Below, in pieces: positions 21,722 through 32,391 of a stretch of DNA of 64,000 nt. This DNA is from Gemmatimonadota bacterium (GTDB lineage: Bacteria > JBHIER01 > G020348925): the NCBI GenBank assembly GCA_020348925.1, contig CP070758.1, positions 3,735,688 to 3,799,687 of the forward strand. Direction: 5' to 3'. The translations under genes were made by a program, and so were the position numbers. Within the stretch, counting starts at the first letter, position 1, and every line of letters begins with the position of its first letter. Under the pieces are notes generated by a model. It worked only from the letters and a program-made list of their open reading frames with translations, was not told the DNA's origin and did not search any database.

Positions 21722-22891
21722 ATGGAACGCGTACCCCATTGCTCTCAAGAACGATACGGGATTCAAAAGGGACAGATCGCGCTCCTCACGACTGCCCATT
21801 TGATCAATGATACGTATGCCGGATTTTTAGCGCCGCTCCTCCCAGTCGTAGTGGAAAAATTCGGCCTGACAATGGCTGCGACTGGATTCCTCTCGTCAGT
21901 GCTGGCCGTTTCATCTTCGTTAGCCCAGCCATTGTATGGGTATCTGGCCGACCGTCTGGGGCGGAGGTATTTTGTCGTTCTGGGGCCTTTGCTCACGTCG
22001 ATCTTCATGAGCTCAATAGGTCTGCCTCGAAGCTATGGACTTCTTGTTCTTGTGATTTTCATGGGAGGAATGGGGACAGCCTTCTTCCACCCCCAGGGTG
22101 CGGCCTTGGCCGGAGCTGCCGGGGGATATCGGAAGGGCCTCGGTATGTCCATTTTCTCAGCAGGTGGAAATGCGGGTTATGCCTTGGGACCGCTCCTCAT
22201 CATACCCATAGTCTCGATAGTGGGATTTGAAAACACATTTGTCGCCGTAATCCCGGGAGTCATTATTTCCATGCTCCTGTATAAATATATCGCTCGTGCC
22301 AAGATCACAGCGAAGGAAGCCAGTAATGATGGGTTCACAGGGTGGTCTGCTTTCACCTACAGACCGCTTTTATATCTATGGTTGATCGTCTTTCTGAGGG
22401 CGACCGTTGTCACATCCTTTGGGACCTTTATTCCGTTGCTCCTCGAGGAGCGCGGATATTCTCTCATGGTCGGTGGCACGTCCATTTTTGTGTTTTTATT
22501 CTGTGGAGCCGTAGGTGGACTGTTCGGGGGATACTGGTCTGACCGGATAGGTCGCAAGAAGATCATCTTGATGTCCTTAGGGCTATCGACACCCTTTCTC
22601 TTCGTTTTTCTTTACACATCCGGCTTATGGACAACGCTTGGATTGGCTTTGGCAGGAATGGTGCTCCTGTCCTCAATCCCTGTCGGTATCGTCATGGCCC
22701 AGGAGTTTATGCCCACTCGGATCAGTACCGTGTCCGGACTCATGATGGGCTTCGGATGGGGTTTGGGAGGACTTGCCGTCTCCTTCATCGGTATGCTTGC
22801 CGACCACATAGGTCTCACCCCGGCGCTTGCCGTGGTGGCACTGATCCCTTTGATTGGCTTTGGCTGCGGACTCAGATTGCCTGATGAATAA
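21722..22891 (+). CDS. MFS transporter, Fsr (fosmidomycin resistance)-like family
   Basis: H..ND, QPLYGYLADRLGRR, FHPQG, GGYWSDRIGRK; about 12 TM segments. Confidence 0.9.
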   Translation: MERVPHCSQERYGIQKGQIALLTTAHLINDTYAGFLAPLLPVVVEKFGLTMAATGFLSSVLAVSSSLAQPLYGYLADRLGRRYFVVLGPLLTSIFMSSIGLPRSYGLLVLVIFMGGMGTAFFHPQGAALAGAAGGYRKGLGMSIFSAGGNAGYALGPLLIIPIVSIVGFENTFVAVIPGVIISMLLYKYIARAKITAKEASNDGFTGWSAFTYRPLLYLWLIVFLRATVVTSFGTFIPLLLEERGYSLMVGGTSIFVFLFCGAVGGLFGGYWSDRIGRKKIILMSLGLSTPFLFVFLYTSGLWTTLGLALAGMVLLSSIPVGIVMAQEFMPTRISTVSGLMMGFGWGLGGLAVSFIGMLADHIGLTPALAVVALIPLIGFGCGLRLPDE

Positions 22892-23013
22892 AGATATTTG
22901 CAATTTGTTCCACAACAGTAAGATACGATAGATGGCGCTGCATGAAATGGTGGGGCACTGTAACAGCTCCACCAGGATATCCCATTTTCCCAACATATTT
23001 CCTTAAGAGAGCC

Positions 23014-23042
23014 TTGACAAAACATCGAGAGTGTTATATTTT
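23014..23042 (+). promoter_or_regulatory. sigma70 promoter of the sigma54 activator gene
   Basis: TTGACA-17 nt-TATTTT; implies the start codon lies downstream of 23045. Confidence 0.45.
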
Positions 23043-23044
23043 GA

Positions 23045-24523
23045 ATGCAAAGTGTCTCATCAGACGTAACTAAGCACAAGATAATACAGTGTGATTGGAT
23101 GAGTTGGATGGAGAATCTGCAAAAAGAATCCGATAGAAATATGCTTCTTTCTCATTTTACAATCGAGCACGCGAAAGATGCAGTTATTTGGCTGGATTCT
23201 GACGGACGCATTCACCGCGTCAATGATTCAGCCTGCAGGCTTTTGGGGTATACCCCTGAGGAACTTGTTGGGACAAAATTGTACGCTCTTCATCCGGAAG
23301 AGAATGAAGAGGTCTGGCGTCAAAGATGGAAAATTACAAAGGACAAAAGAGTCCATACCTTTGAAAAGGTCCAGCCCACAAAGGACGGGGTTTGGATACC
23401 GGTTGAAGTGGTTCAACATTTTCTTGAACTTGAAGGTGAGGCGTATTGCTGTAGTTTTCTTCACGATTTGAGTGAGCGAAAAAGAACCGAAGAGGATCTC
23501 AGAAGTACCCTGGCAGAACTTGAGCGATTGAAGAACCAGCTTCAACGCGAGAACGTCTATCTGCAAAATGAGATCAAGCGCATTCATAATTTTGAGAATA
23601 TAATTTGTCAGAGCAACATACTCAAAGAAGTGTTGGGGAGAGTGGAACAGGTCGCATCAACAGATGCAACGGTCCTCATTCTCGGTGAAACCGGAACCGG
23701 GAAGGAACTTATTGCCCGATCTATTCACAGTATCAGCCCTCGCAGCCACCGACCTCTGATTAAGGTTGATTGTGCGATGTTACCGGCAAATCTTATTGAA
23801 AGCGAGCTTTTTGGTCACGAGAAAGGGGCTTTTACAGGGGCTTTTTCTCGAAAAATTGGACGTTTTGAAATAGCCCATGGCAGCACAATCTTTTTAGATG
23901 AGATAGGCAATCTCCCTATAGATATGCAGGTGAAGCTCTTACGAGTTCTACAAGACGGTGAATTCGAACGTCTGGGAAGTGCCAAAACAATCACGTGTGA
24001 CGTTCGCGTTATCACTGCGACAAACAGAAATCTCGAAAAAGAAGTGGAAGAAGGAAATTTCCGCGAAGATTTGTACTATCGCCTGAATGTATTTCCGATT
24101 CATATTCCCTCGCTTCGAGAACGTAAGGAGGATATACCCTTATTGGTTAAGTTTTTTATTCAAAAGTACAATAAAAAATTGGGGAGGAATATTGAGAGAA
24201 TCCCGCAAAAAGTGATGGAAAGATTGACTCAATACCACTGGCCGGGAAATGTGCGGGGTTTAGAGAATATAATTCAAAGAGCGATGATTGTCAGTAAGGG
24301 GCGCCAGCTCGAAATTGGCGACTGGTTCTTACCGCAGAATGTATCTGCCGCTGTTTCTACCGTGAAAACATTGGAGGAGGTTGAAAGAGCGCATATCACA
24401 GAAGTGCTGGAAACGACTCACTGGCGGGTAAGCGGTGAGAGGGGAGCTGCAAACATTTTGGGGATGAAGCCTACGACACTGGAATCAAGGATGAAAAAGT
24501 TGGGAATCAAACGGAAGAATTGA
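23045..24523 (+). CDS. PAS-domain sigma54 enhancer-binding protein (FhlA/HyfR-like)
   Basis: PAS, coiled coil, [37 protein letters not shown], Fis-type HTH; start may be at an internal Met. Confidence 0.95.
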   Translation: MQSVSSDVTKHKIIQCDWMSWMENLQKESDRNMLLSHFTIEHAKDAVIWLDSDGRIHRVNDSACRLLGYTPEELVGTKLYALHPEENEEVWRQRWKITKDKRVHTFEKVQPTKDGVWIPVEVVQHFLELEGEAYCCSFLHDLSERKRTEEDLRSTLAELERLKNQLQRENVYLQNEIKRIHNFENIICQSNILKEVLGRVEQVASTDATVLILGETGTGKELIARSIHSISPRSHRPLIKVDCAMLPANLIESELFGHEKGAFTGAFSRKIGRFEIAHGSTIFLDEIGNLPIDMQVKLLRVLQDGEFERLGSAKTITCDVRVITATNRNLEKEVEEGNFREDLYYRLNVFPIHIPSLRERKEDIPLLVKFFIQKYNKKLGRNIERIPQKVMERLTQYHWPGNVRGLENIIQRAMIVSKGRQLEIGDWFLPQNVSAAVSTVKTLEEVERAHITEVLETTHWRVSGERGAANILGMKPTTLESRMKKLGIKRKN

Positions 24524-24546
24524 ATTCCCGATATTTCGGGAATTCA
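24521..24546. promoter_or_regulatory. Perfect palindrome, candidate upstream activating sequence (or terminator)
   Basis: TGAATTCCCGA-TATT-TCGGGAATTCA, about 120 nt upstream of a sigma54-like promoter. Confidence 0.5.
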
Positions 24547-24660
24547 CGAAATAATGGAAAAAATGATATGAAAATCTGTTAGGCTCTGTTTCCTCAGTAA
24601 AAGACATAAACAATTAAAATTTAGCCTTTTGGATAACAATCCAAATGGCTTTTTTATTAT

Positions 24661-24675
24661 TGGTATGCTAATTGT
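24661..24675 (+). promoter_or_regulatory. Candidate sigma54 -24/-12 promoter
   Basis: TGGTATGCTAATTGT versus consensus TGGCACGNNNNTTGC; correct spacing, GT at -12. Confidence 0.5.
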
Positions 24676-24732
24676 AATATACCACTACGGAGTTGGTTTC
24701 GATGAATGAGAATAGAAGCGAGTGAATAGAGA

Positions 24733-25101
24733 ATGCGTACGTTGCTCAACAACAGTGATTTTGAAAGGGAAGTTCTGTTTAATGAAAAAGTGGTCGTAGT
24801 TGAGTTTTTTCTCGACTGGTGCGGGACGAGCCATATCATTGCACCAATATTGAAAAAGACAGAAGCGCAGTATGAAGATCTTGTGCAATTCTATAGAGTA
24901 GATAAAGATCGAAACAATGAACTGTGCGAACAATACGGAGTATACGAAATACCGACAATTCTTTTTTTCAAGGAAAGTCGCGTTGTGGATGAAATAAACG
25001 GTGGATTTCCCAGAATTTTGATTGAGCAGAAACTGGACAGATTACTTCGGATTGATGAAGGTGCAGCATCAGATGCTCAATTGAATGAAGCAAGAATTTA
25101 G
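24733..25101 (+). CDS. Thioredoxin-fold protein with CxxS site
   Basis: VVVEF...WCGTS, YGV..IPT.LFFK. Confidence 0.88.
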   Translation: MRTLLNNSDFEREVLFNEKVVVVEFFLDWCGTSHIIAPILKKTEAQYEDLVQFYRVDKDRNNELCEQYGVYEIPTILFFKESRVVDEINGGFPRILIEQKLDRLLRIDEGAASDAQLNEARI

Positions 25102-25374
25102 GGAAAAGAAATATAACGGGATTATTAACCCCCTTATTCTGTTCGGCGCTTAAGTCGAAGAAGTAATACAAATAACCTCAAGTGTTCAAGGAGGAATTTG
25201 ATCAAATTCATTTATCAGAAACAGATGGAAAGATAAGGAAGGATACATTCTACCATCATGAGGTGAATGCCTCTGATTAGATGTTTGGTAAGAGTTCGCT
25301 TTTTTCTGGACTGTCGGCAGGGGAGTGACACACTTCCCTACCGAATAAATCTTGAAAACAAAAGGAAAGATGTG

Positions 25375-25878
25375 ATGTATAAGAACTCTATGACAATGAG
25401 GGAAGTATTGATTCTACTCCTCACTTTTTTATTCTTGTTCCCCTCATGTGAGAAAAGAGAAGGTGTCGGCGTACCTCAAGAGGAAGTGATCGTGGAAAAG
25501 CCCGAAAGGGGAGAAGAAGTGGAGGACGTGCCGACAGCGATTGATGAAAAAAAGGTTGAGCTGAAAGAGGATTTGGAAGCTCTCATCGCGGCTCTGGAAA
25601 ATAAAGAGGAGAAATTAAAAGCTAAGGAATCGGAGCTCGACATGAGAGAGGCTCATTTGCGTGCAAGAGAAACAGCGGTCATGGAGAAGGAGGAAAAGCT
25701 TAAGAGCCGCGAGACAGCGTCATATGTAGTTTTAGCCCTTGGGATAATCCTCATTGTCATCGTCGTCATTATTGGGATTAGGAGATTGCCCGGCAAAGCG
25801 TTAGAAAAAGAGGGGGCTGCCAAGAAGAGAGAGAAGGAGGCTGAAAAACCGTCATCGCAGGCACCAAAAGAACCGTGA
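25375..25878 (+). CDS. Hypothetical lipoprotein with coiled coil and C-terminal TM helix
   Basis: Signal ending LFPSC, Glu/Lys coiled coil, hydrophobic YVVLALGIILIVIVVIIGI; start approximate. Confidence 0.65.
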   Translation: MYKNSMTMREVLILLLTFLFLFPSCEKREGVGVPQEEVIVEKPERGEEVEDVPTAIDEKKVELKEDLEALIAALENKEEKLKAKESELDMREAHLRARETAVMEKEEKLKSRETASYVVLALGIILIVIVVIIGIRRLPGKALEKEGAAKKREKEAEKPSSQAPKEP

Positions 25879-26345
25879 GTTTGTCGAAAAGGCATGAAGG
25901 ATTCGGAGAAAGAGGTGTCGATGAGGGATGAATGATTTTGGAGGTATCTACGATTTCTTTCGAGAGAGAGAAACGGGTCAGAAGTTGGAAATTATGGTTT
26001 CAAAGAATCCGCTTTTTCGTTGGCATTCCGAGCCCTGGGATATCTCCGAATAGCTTCGAAGAGCTAACGTATACAGTCAAGGATAAGATGAACAGGCGAA
26101 GGAGACGGTGCATTGACATCTCTATGGGAATCGAAGTCAAATCAGCAGAGGACTGGGGAAACGCGAAGTGATCGTACAATGGTAGACGCCATGGGGGTTC
26201 ATCTGCTGTGACCGACCGGTTTCCAACGAGGCAGACAACGGATTCAGAATAAGAAAGCGATTTTAAAATGAGTTTGTGGGCAAACGGGCTCGGAAAATGA
26301 CCCAACTTTCGGAAGGAGCGAAGAAGAGGGGAAGGGAGATGCAGT

Positions 26346-26720
26346 ATGAGAGAAGACGAGGAAAAGGGAACTGTCAAAAGACAGGAAACTCTGAGCATTT
26401 TTAAAATTAAGATTCTGATTCATAATCTCAATCGTAAAAAAGAGAAGAAGTTCACCGAACTTGGAAGGAGAGTCTACGATCTCATTCAGAAGAAAGTTCC
26501 CCAGATCTTAGGAGATGATGCCATTAAAAGACTGCTTGAGGAAGTTCGAGGAATTGAGAGGGGGATCGAAAAGGCTGAACGCCAGATTGGGAGCATCCGA
26601 ACAAAAGTGCACGAGGAGAACAAAAAGCCTGAGATTCTTTTTGACGAAAAAGGAAAGCATGGGAATGGCAGCAACGATACTGGATTACATTTGATGAGTA
26701 GAAACCCGGATTCATTATGA
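26346..26720 (+). CDS. Hypothetical coiled-coil protein
   Basis: GGGAG RBS; helical 'KKFTELGRRVYDL'; ATGA overlap with the next gene. Confidence 0.55.
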   Translation: MREDEEKGTVKRQETLSIFKIKILIHNLNRKKEKKFTELGRRVYDLIQKKVPQILGDDAIKRLLEEVRGIERGIEKAERQIGSIRTKVHEENKKPEILFDEKGKHGNGSNDTGLHLMSRNPDSL

Positions 26721-28546
26721 AACTAAGAAGAAAACTCAATTTCCTCCACGTATTCAGCATTTGCTCAGGCGCCATGTTTTCGGGATTATTTATTCTTCCC
26801 GGATTGGCCTATGCTCAGGCGGGGCCGGCTCTTCTTTTCTCTTACTTCTTGGCTTCCCTGTTGGCCCTGACAGGGATGCTGAGCCAGGCAGAACTCGCCT
26901 CAGCTATGCCCAGAGCGGGCGGGACATATTTTTACGTGACTCGGAGCATGGGGCCTGGAGTCGGTTCTGTTTACGGACAGATAACATGGTTCTCCTTAGC
27001 ATTGAAGAGTGCCTACGAATTCTTCTTCATTGCCACAATTGTAGCAATCATATCCAATCTCAATCCGCACCTCGTAGCCGCACTACTCTGTCTGAGTTTT
27101 CTGGTTGTGAATATTATCGGAATCAAGGAGGCGGGAAACCTGCAGACTGTACTGGTGATGAGCTTGCTGGCGGCACTTCTCTTTTACATCTTTCGAGGTC
27201 TGCCGAAGGTCGATTTGCGTAACATGCAGCCTTTCATACCCTACGGCTGGTCCTCAATATTTTCAACCGCCGGTTTCATTTTCATATCCTACGGTGGTCT
27301 GCTGAAAGTTGCCAGTATGGGCGAGGAGGTGAGGGAACCGGGTCGTGTTTTGCCCTGGGGTATGATTCTTTCGTTCATTGTAGTCACTCTGTGCTATCTT
27401 ACCATTGTCTTTGTAACCATCGGGACACTTGGCGGTGCGAAGCTTGACGGCTCCCTCAATCCAATTTCCGACGGCGCTCGAGTATTTCTTGGTTCTGGGG
27501 GGTCGATTCTGTTCGGTATTGCCGGGATTTTAGCCGTGGCGTCGGCTGCCAACACGGGTATTATGTCAGGTTCCAGGTATCCGCTGGCGCTGGCTCGAGA
27601 TGATATGCTACCCAACTTTTTCGGCCGTATCAATCAACGGTTCGGAACACCCTATATCTCCATTCTCATTACAGGGACTGTTGTCATTGCCGCCATGTTT
27701 CTCCCGCTCCATGTTTTAGTCAAAGCGGCCTCAAGCGTTTTGATCCTGACATATATATTTACAGGTTTGGCTGTCGTGATCCTACGAGAGGGTCGACTTC
27801 AAAACTACCGGCCCCCTTTCCGAGCCCCTTTGTATCCCTGGATTCAAATCGTGGGGACGATCGGATTTCTGATCCTCCTTTATGAAATCGGTCGGGAAGC
27901 GCTGTTGTCAAGCATCATACTTATTGTGGGAGGATTCCTCGTCTACTGGTTTTACGGACGCATACGATCATACCGGGAATACGCCTTGCTTCATCTTATC
28001 GAAAGGATTACGGCGAAAGATCTGACCCAACATTCCCTCGAGGCCGAGTTGAAAGAGATCATTAGGGAACGCGATGATATGCTCATGGATCGTTTTGATC
28101 ATCTCATTGAGGAGAGCCATATTCTCGATATTGATCATACTGTTGACGCTGATGAATTTTTCAGAATGGCTTCCCGAATAATAGCTGAAAGATTGAAAGC
28201 CGATCCGGAGACGCTCTTCAAATTGTTTGTCGAAAGGGAAGGGGAAAGTTCAACGGTTATAAATCCGTATCTCGCTATTCCTCACATCATTGTGGAAGGT
28301 GAGAAGACATTCGACATTCTTCTCGTCCGATGCAGGGAGGGGATATCCTTCTCAGATGAAGCACCTGGCGTGCACGCGGTATTCCTTTTGGTGGGTAGTC
28401 GTGACGAAAGACCCTTTCATTTGCGCGCCTTAGCGGCCATCGCCCAGATTGTCCAAGATTCATCTTTCGATAAAAGATGGATGGCAGCTCGCAGTGAGGA
28501 AGTGTTGCGTGACATTATTCTTCTGGGTGCAAGGATGAGACATTGA
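26717..28546 (+). CDS. APC-family amino acid permease fused to a C-terminal PTS EIIA (type 2) domain
   Basis: 12-TM APC (AELASAMP.AGG.Y), then 'ERE...ST.I...LAIPH' and 'HL.ALA.IAQ' EIIA motifs. Confidence 0.92.
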   Translation: MKLRRKLNFLHVFSICSGAMFSGLFILPGLAYAQAGPALLFSYFLASLLALTGMLSQAELASAMPRAGGTYFYVTRSMGPGVGSVYGQITWFSLALKSAYEFFFIATIVAIISNLNPHLVAALLCLSFLVVNIIGIKEAGNLQTVLVMSLLAALLFYIFRGLPKVDLRNMQPFIPYGWSSIFSTAGFIFISYGGLLKVASMGEEVREPGRVLPWGMILSFIVVTLCYLTIVFVTIGTLGGAKLDGSLNPISDGARVFLGSGGSILFGIAGILAVASAANTGIMSGSRYPLALARDDMLPNFFGRINQRFGTPYISILITGTVVIAAMFLPLHVLVKAASSVLILTYIFTGLAVVILREGRLQNYRPPFRAPLYPWIQIVGTIGFLILLYEIGREALLSSIILIVGGFLVYWFYGRIRSYREYALLHLIERITAKDLTQHSLEAELKEIIRERDDMLMDRFDHLIEESHILDIDHTVDADEFFRMASRIIAERLKADPETLFKLFVEREGESSTVINPYLAIPHIIVEGEKTFDILLVRCREGISFSDEAPGVHAVFLLVGSRDERPFHLRALAAIAQIVQDSSFDKRWMAARSEEVLRDIILLGARMRH

Positions 28547-28774
28547 TTTCGGTGTCCTCGGTCTTCTCCCAGTGGAATCACATAAGTTATTCATAGATAG
28601 TTCAAAGGTTTGGCGGCTCTTTCCTCGATTTGGCGGTACTCTGACATTATATTTAATCAGAATAGACAAAGGTGTTCGCGGGAGAAGATGCTGGATTTGA
28701 AACAACTCTGTGTGCGGATGATTCAGGAAAGTTTCCAGGGCACCTTGTCTGCACAACAGTCATAGCGTACACAT

Positions 28775-30822
28775 ATGGGAGAACAAGTAACATTCAAACG
28801 CAACATCGGATTGTTTATGGCCGTGATGATCGGCATTGGCGCCATGATGGGACCGGGTATATTTACCCTGCCCGGCGAATTGGCTCATATGGTCGGACCA
28901 CTCGGCATTTTTGTCTATTTGGTTATGGGGCTCATCACCGTATTTACGGCCCTGAACTACAGCGAGCTCGGCGCCGCCATCCCCCTTGCCGGTGGGGGAT
29001 ACTCCTTCACCAGCCGTACACTTCCCAAATCAGTGGCATTCTTCACAGGCTGGTTTTTCTGGATCGGCAATACTCTCGCCTGTTCTATGTATGTCATTAT
29101 CTTTGCTCTCACTATCCGGGCTTATTTCTGGCCCGATGTAAGCGTCCCTCTTTTGGCTCTTCTCACAACGCTCGTATTTACGGCTGTCAACTTCAGAGGG
29201 ATTTCTGAATCGATAAAAGTTATAACCTCATGAATCTCGTGGAGCTTGCGATACTCGTCGGAGTTGCACTGTTGGGGCTCTTTCAGGTCGAGCCTGTAAA
29301 CCTCAAACCCATGGCCCCTTTGGGATATGAGCAGTTCGTACCTGCCATGGCTCTCATATACATTTCTTATGTTGGTTTCGAATTAATCACTGTGGCCGCC
29401 GAGGAGATAATTAATCCGGGGAAGACTATCCCCAGAGCCATCCTCAGCACGTTAGGGGTAGGTGTGACTGTCTACGTGTTTGTTGTGTGGGTTATGATGG
29501 GAGCTGTCAACTATGAAGACCTCGCCCGGAGTGATGTGCCTTTCATATTTACCGCCGATCGACTCTTCGGAGCCTGGGGACGCTGGGCCGCCATTGTGGC
29601 TACCGTCATGGCCAGTCTCTCGGCCTTGAGTGTAACATTGGGGGCCAGTGCACGGGTTTTGTATGCCCTGGGTCGGGATGGACATTTCCCCCTTTTTTTC
29701 GCGCGGCTTCATCGCCACTATCGCACACCACACGTAGCCCTTTTCGTATGCGCCCTTGTTGTCATTCTATTCAGTGCATCAGGAATCGTGAAATTTGTTG
29801 CCTCGGTAAGTGATTTCGGCTACTTGATGGGGCTCGGTATTGTCAACTACGCCGTGATATCACTCCACAAGCGTATGCCAAACTTACGGCGTCCCTTTAA
29901 GGTGATTCTGTTTCCATTTATTCCGATATTGGGAATTCTTTCCTGCTGGCTTTTCGTGCCCGCTCTGGAGACGAGAAGCTTTCTCCTGGGTGGTGTGCTC
30001 ACTTTCGCAGGTGGAGGTATCCACCTCATCCGCCCGACCAATCGAGCTGAGATTCGGAGAACACGGGAAATTCTTTCAGCGATCAAAGTGTTCATTCTTT
30101 TAAAACGGAGGAAACGGATGCGTGTGCTCATAATTGACGGAGGAAAACAGGCTCAAAATATCGCCAATCGACTTTTAGCCAAGGATGAATTTCGACTGAT
30201 GTTTCGTTCGTCAGAACATCAAATCACGTTCATCGAGGAGGATGATGTCCGGTGCAAAGAGCTGGAACAGCGTTTCAATGTTCCGATATATCAGGGTGAT
30301 GGTACCAAGAGGGAGCTGCTCGAGCAGGTGGGATTGGATAATATCGATGTCGCCATTGCGGCCTCAAACGATGACGGTCGCAATGTGATTGTCGCGCTTC
30401 AGGCGAAACAACTTGGATTGAGTCAGGTTATTGCCATCGTTCAGGATCCCGATTATGTACCTCTTCTTGAGGAGAATGGTGTCGTTGCCATCAGTGCACC
30501 GTGGGCCACTGCGACGATGGTGGAAAACTATTTAGATCGGCCCGGTGTCGCTGAACTCTTTGAGATAGGGACAGGTGAAGCCAGTCTTGTTGGCGTTTTT
30601 GTGCCGGAAAAATCTCGAGTGGTTGGAAATCTTATCAGGGAAATTGAGATTCCAACTGAGTGTGTTGTGGCAGCCATTATCAGGGAAAAGCGATTTGTTG
30701 TCCCCCGTGGTGACACAAAAATAGAGGTCGGCGACCATGTTGTCTTTGTAGGACCCGCCTCTGCCATCAAGAGGGCACAGGATATTTTCATGTTTAAGAA
30801 ACAGTCAACAGGAATTCCTTAA
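28775..30822 (+). CDS. APC permease fused to TrkA-type RCK_N/RCK_C domains, split by a frameshift near 29229
   Basis: 28775..29233 encodes the N-terminal TM segments and 29230..30822 continues the APC fold, then GDGT..E.LE.V, DVAIAA and 'IIRE...VVPRGDT.I..GD.V'. Confidence 0.85.
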
Positions 30823-30944
30823 ATAATATGGGATCTCGACGGGAATCAATATCAGAGTGGCCCCATTATCTGAAAGGCATATGTTTCAGTCATCGCGAAG
30901 ATCAGGATGAGCTGTCCATGACAGGTGGTAGTTCTATCTAAAAA

Positions 30945-32006
30945 ATGACTGAGGGAAAGGTTACAAGAACAATGCCCATGATAAAAGACAAATTAGCTAA
31001 ACTCGATACATTACTCAGGAAATGCGATATTCTTTTGACACTCTTGCACGATTATCCAGATCCCGATGCGTTAGCCAGTGCGTTTGTTCTCTCGCATTTG
31101 GTGAGCAAGCGATACGGTTCTCAGACGCATATCGCCTATGGAGGAGTCGTTACTCGAGCAGAAAATAGGGCTATGGTTCAGCAGCTCAAGATGAAATTGA
31201 TCCATGTCGATGAGATTGCTTGGGAACACTATCCCCATATCGCCATGGTCGATACGCAACCGGCCTTTAACAATCATAGTCTTCCCAGGGATATCAAGCC
31301 GACCATTGTTATCGACCATCACGGAAAGAGAAAAGGTTTCGAAGTCGCTTTCTTTGATATACGCACAGAATATGGCGCATGTGCGACAATGCTCCTGGAA
31401 TATTTGGAAGCCGCAGGTTTAAGTGTTACGGTTGATATCGCAACTGCAGTCGCTTATGCTATCCGGAGTGAGACACAGGAGCTGGGGCGAGAAGCCTCAG
31501 CGTCGGACATAAGCACGTATTTGGCCGTCTACCCAAAAGCCAACATAAGGAAATTGGCACGAATCGTTAAGCCTCTATTACCAAAGTCCTACTTTGTCCT
31601 GTTGGAAAGATCCCTGCGAAAGGCGAAGGTATTTCGCCATCTCACACATGTACATCTTGGGAAGGTAAAGTCTCCGGAATTTGTTTCACAATTTGCGGAT
31701 TTGCTTTTGCGGCACGAGCGCATTGGCTGGTCTCTTGCCACCGGACGGTTCAAAGGAAAATTGTTCGTTTCGATGCGCTGCAGCGATCCTCATGCAAAGG
31801 CGGGAAATATATTGAAGCAGATAGTTGGCACTTTGGGTTCTGCTGGTGGTCATGCCATGATGGCTGGGGGGCAAATCTTTTTTGATGAATACAAGTATAA
31901 GAATTGGCAACAATTGGAAGACATGGTTATTGTTCGGTTTTTACGAAAACTCGGAATGTCTGAAACGACTGAATGGAAGTCGATGCTGTTGAGAAATGGT
32001 ATGTAA
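30945..32006 (+). CDS. DHH/DHHA1 phosphoesterase (NrnA/Pde2-like)
   Basis: HDYPDPDA, VDT, IDHH, AGGH..AGG. Confidence 0.92.
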   Translation: MTEGKVTRTMPMIKDKLAKLDTLLRKCDILLTLLHDYPDPDALASAFVLSHLVSKRYGSQTHIAYGGVVTRAENRAMVQQLKMKLIHVDEIAWEHYPHIAMVDTQPAFNNHSLPRDIKPTIVIDHHGKRKGFEVAFFDIRTEYGACATMLLEYLEAAGLSVTVDIATAVAYAIRSETQELGREASASDISTYLAVYPKANIRKLARIVKPLLPKSYFVLLERSLRKAKVFRHLTHVHLGKVKSPEFVSQFADLLLRHERIGWSLATGRFKGKLFVSMRCSDPHAKAGNILKQIVGTLGSAGGHAMMAGGQIFFDEYKYKNWQQLEDMVIVRFLRKLGMSETTEWKSMLLRNGM

Positions 32007-32188
32007 CACATTATGTTTTATGAGGATAGTACTGTGAGAGAGGCAATCTGAAAGATGCTGTCTCGTGTTCCCTGCAGGATTGCATGAAGCACCGTGGGTG
32101 TTTTATTGAAATCTGTTCCGCTCACATGCTTAAGATTTCCGTGAGAGGTGTATCGAAAAAATCGACGGAAGAACACTGTTATGTAAAA

Positions 32189-32223
32189 AATTGATTGATA
32201 GGATCAATTAAAAGTGTTATTAT
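32189..32223 (+). promoter_or_regulatory. sigma70 promoter overlapped by an inverted repeat
   Basis: TTGATA-17 nt-TATTAT with TG extension; AATTGAT-N7-ATCAATT over the -35 box. Confidence 0.45.
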
Positions 32224-32391
32224 TTATGTGAGTTAAGTGAAGCCTGTGAGGTATGGTGCAAAAAATGTGCTGGGCGGAATGCGGAATGGTGACACATGAT
32301 GTTTCTTGACATGTGAGACCGTTGCATCCGGTTTCTTAAATGATGGAATTGGCACGTGTCCATAATTTTAGATACTGTCTGAGATTTCGTA

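Noticed and set aside
19840-24270. Motif deviations DGGP (usually DGGH) in the site-2 protease and NVRGLEN (usually NVRELEN) in the activator
   Set aside because: Single-residue changes outside the visible catalytic residues; could be natural variants or sequencing errors.
25894-26345. Short ORFs such as 25932..26171
   Set aside because: No recognisable motif or convincing coding signal.
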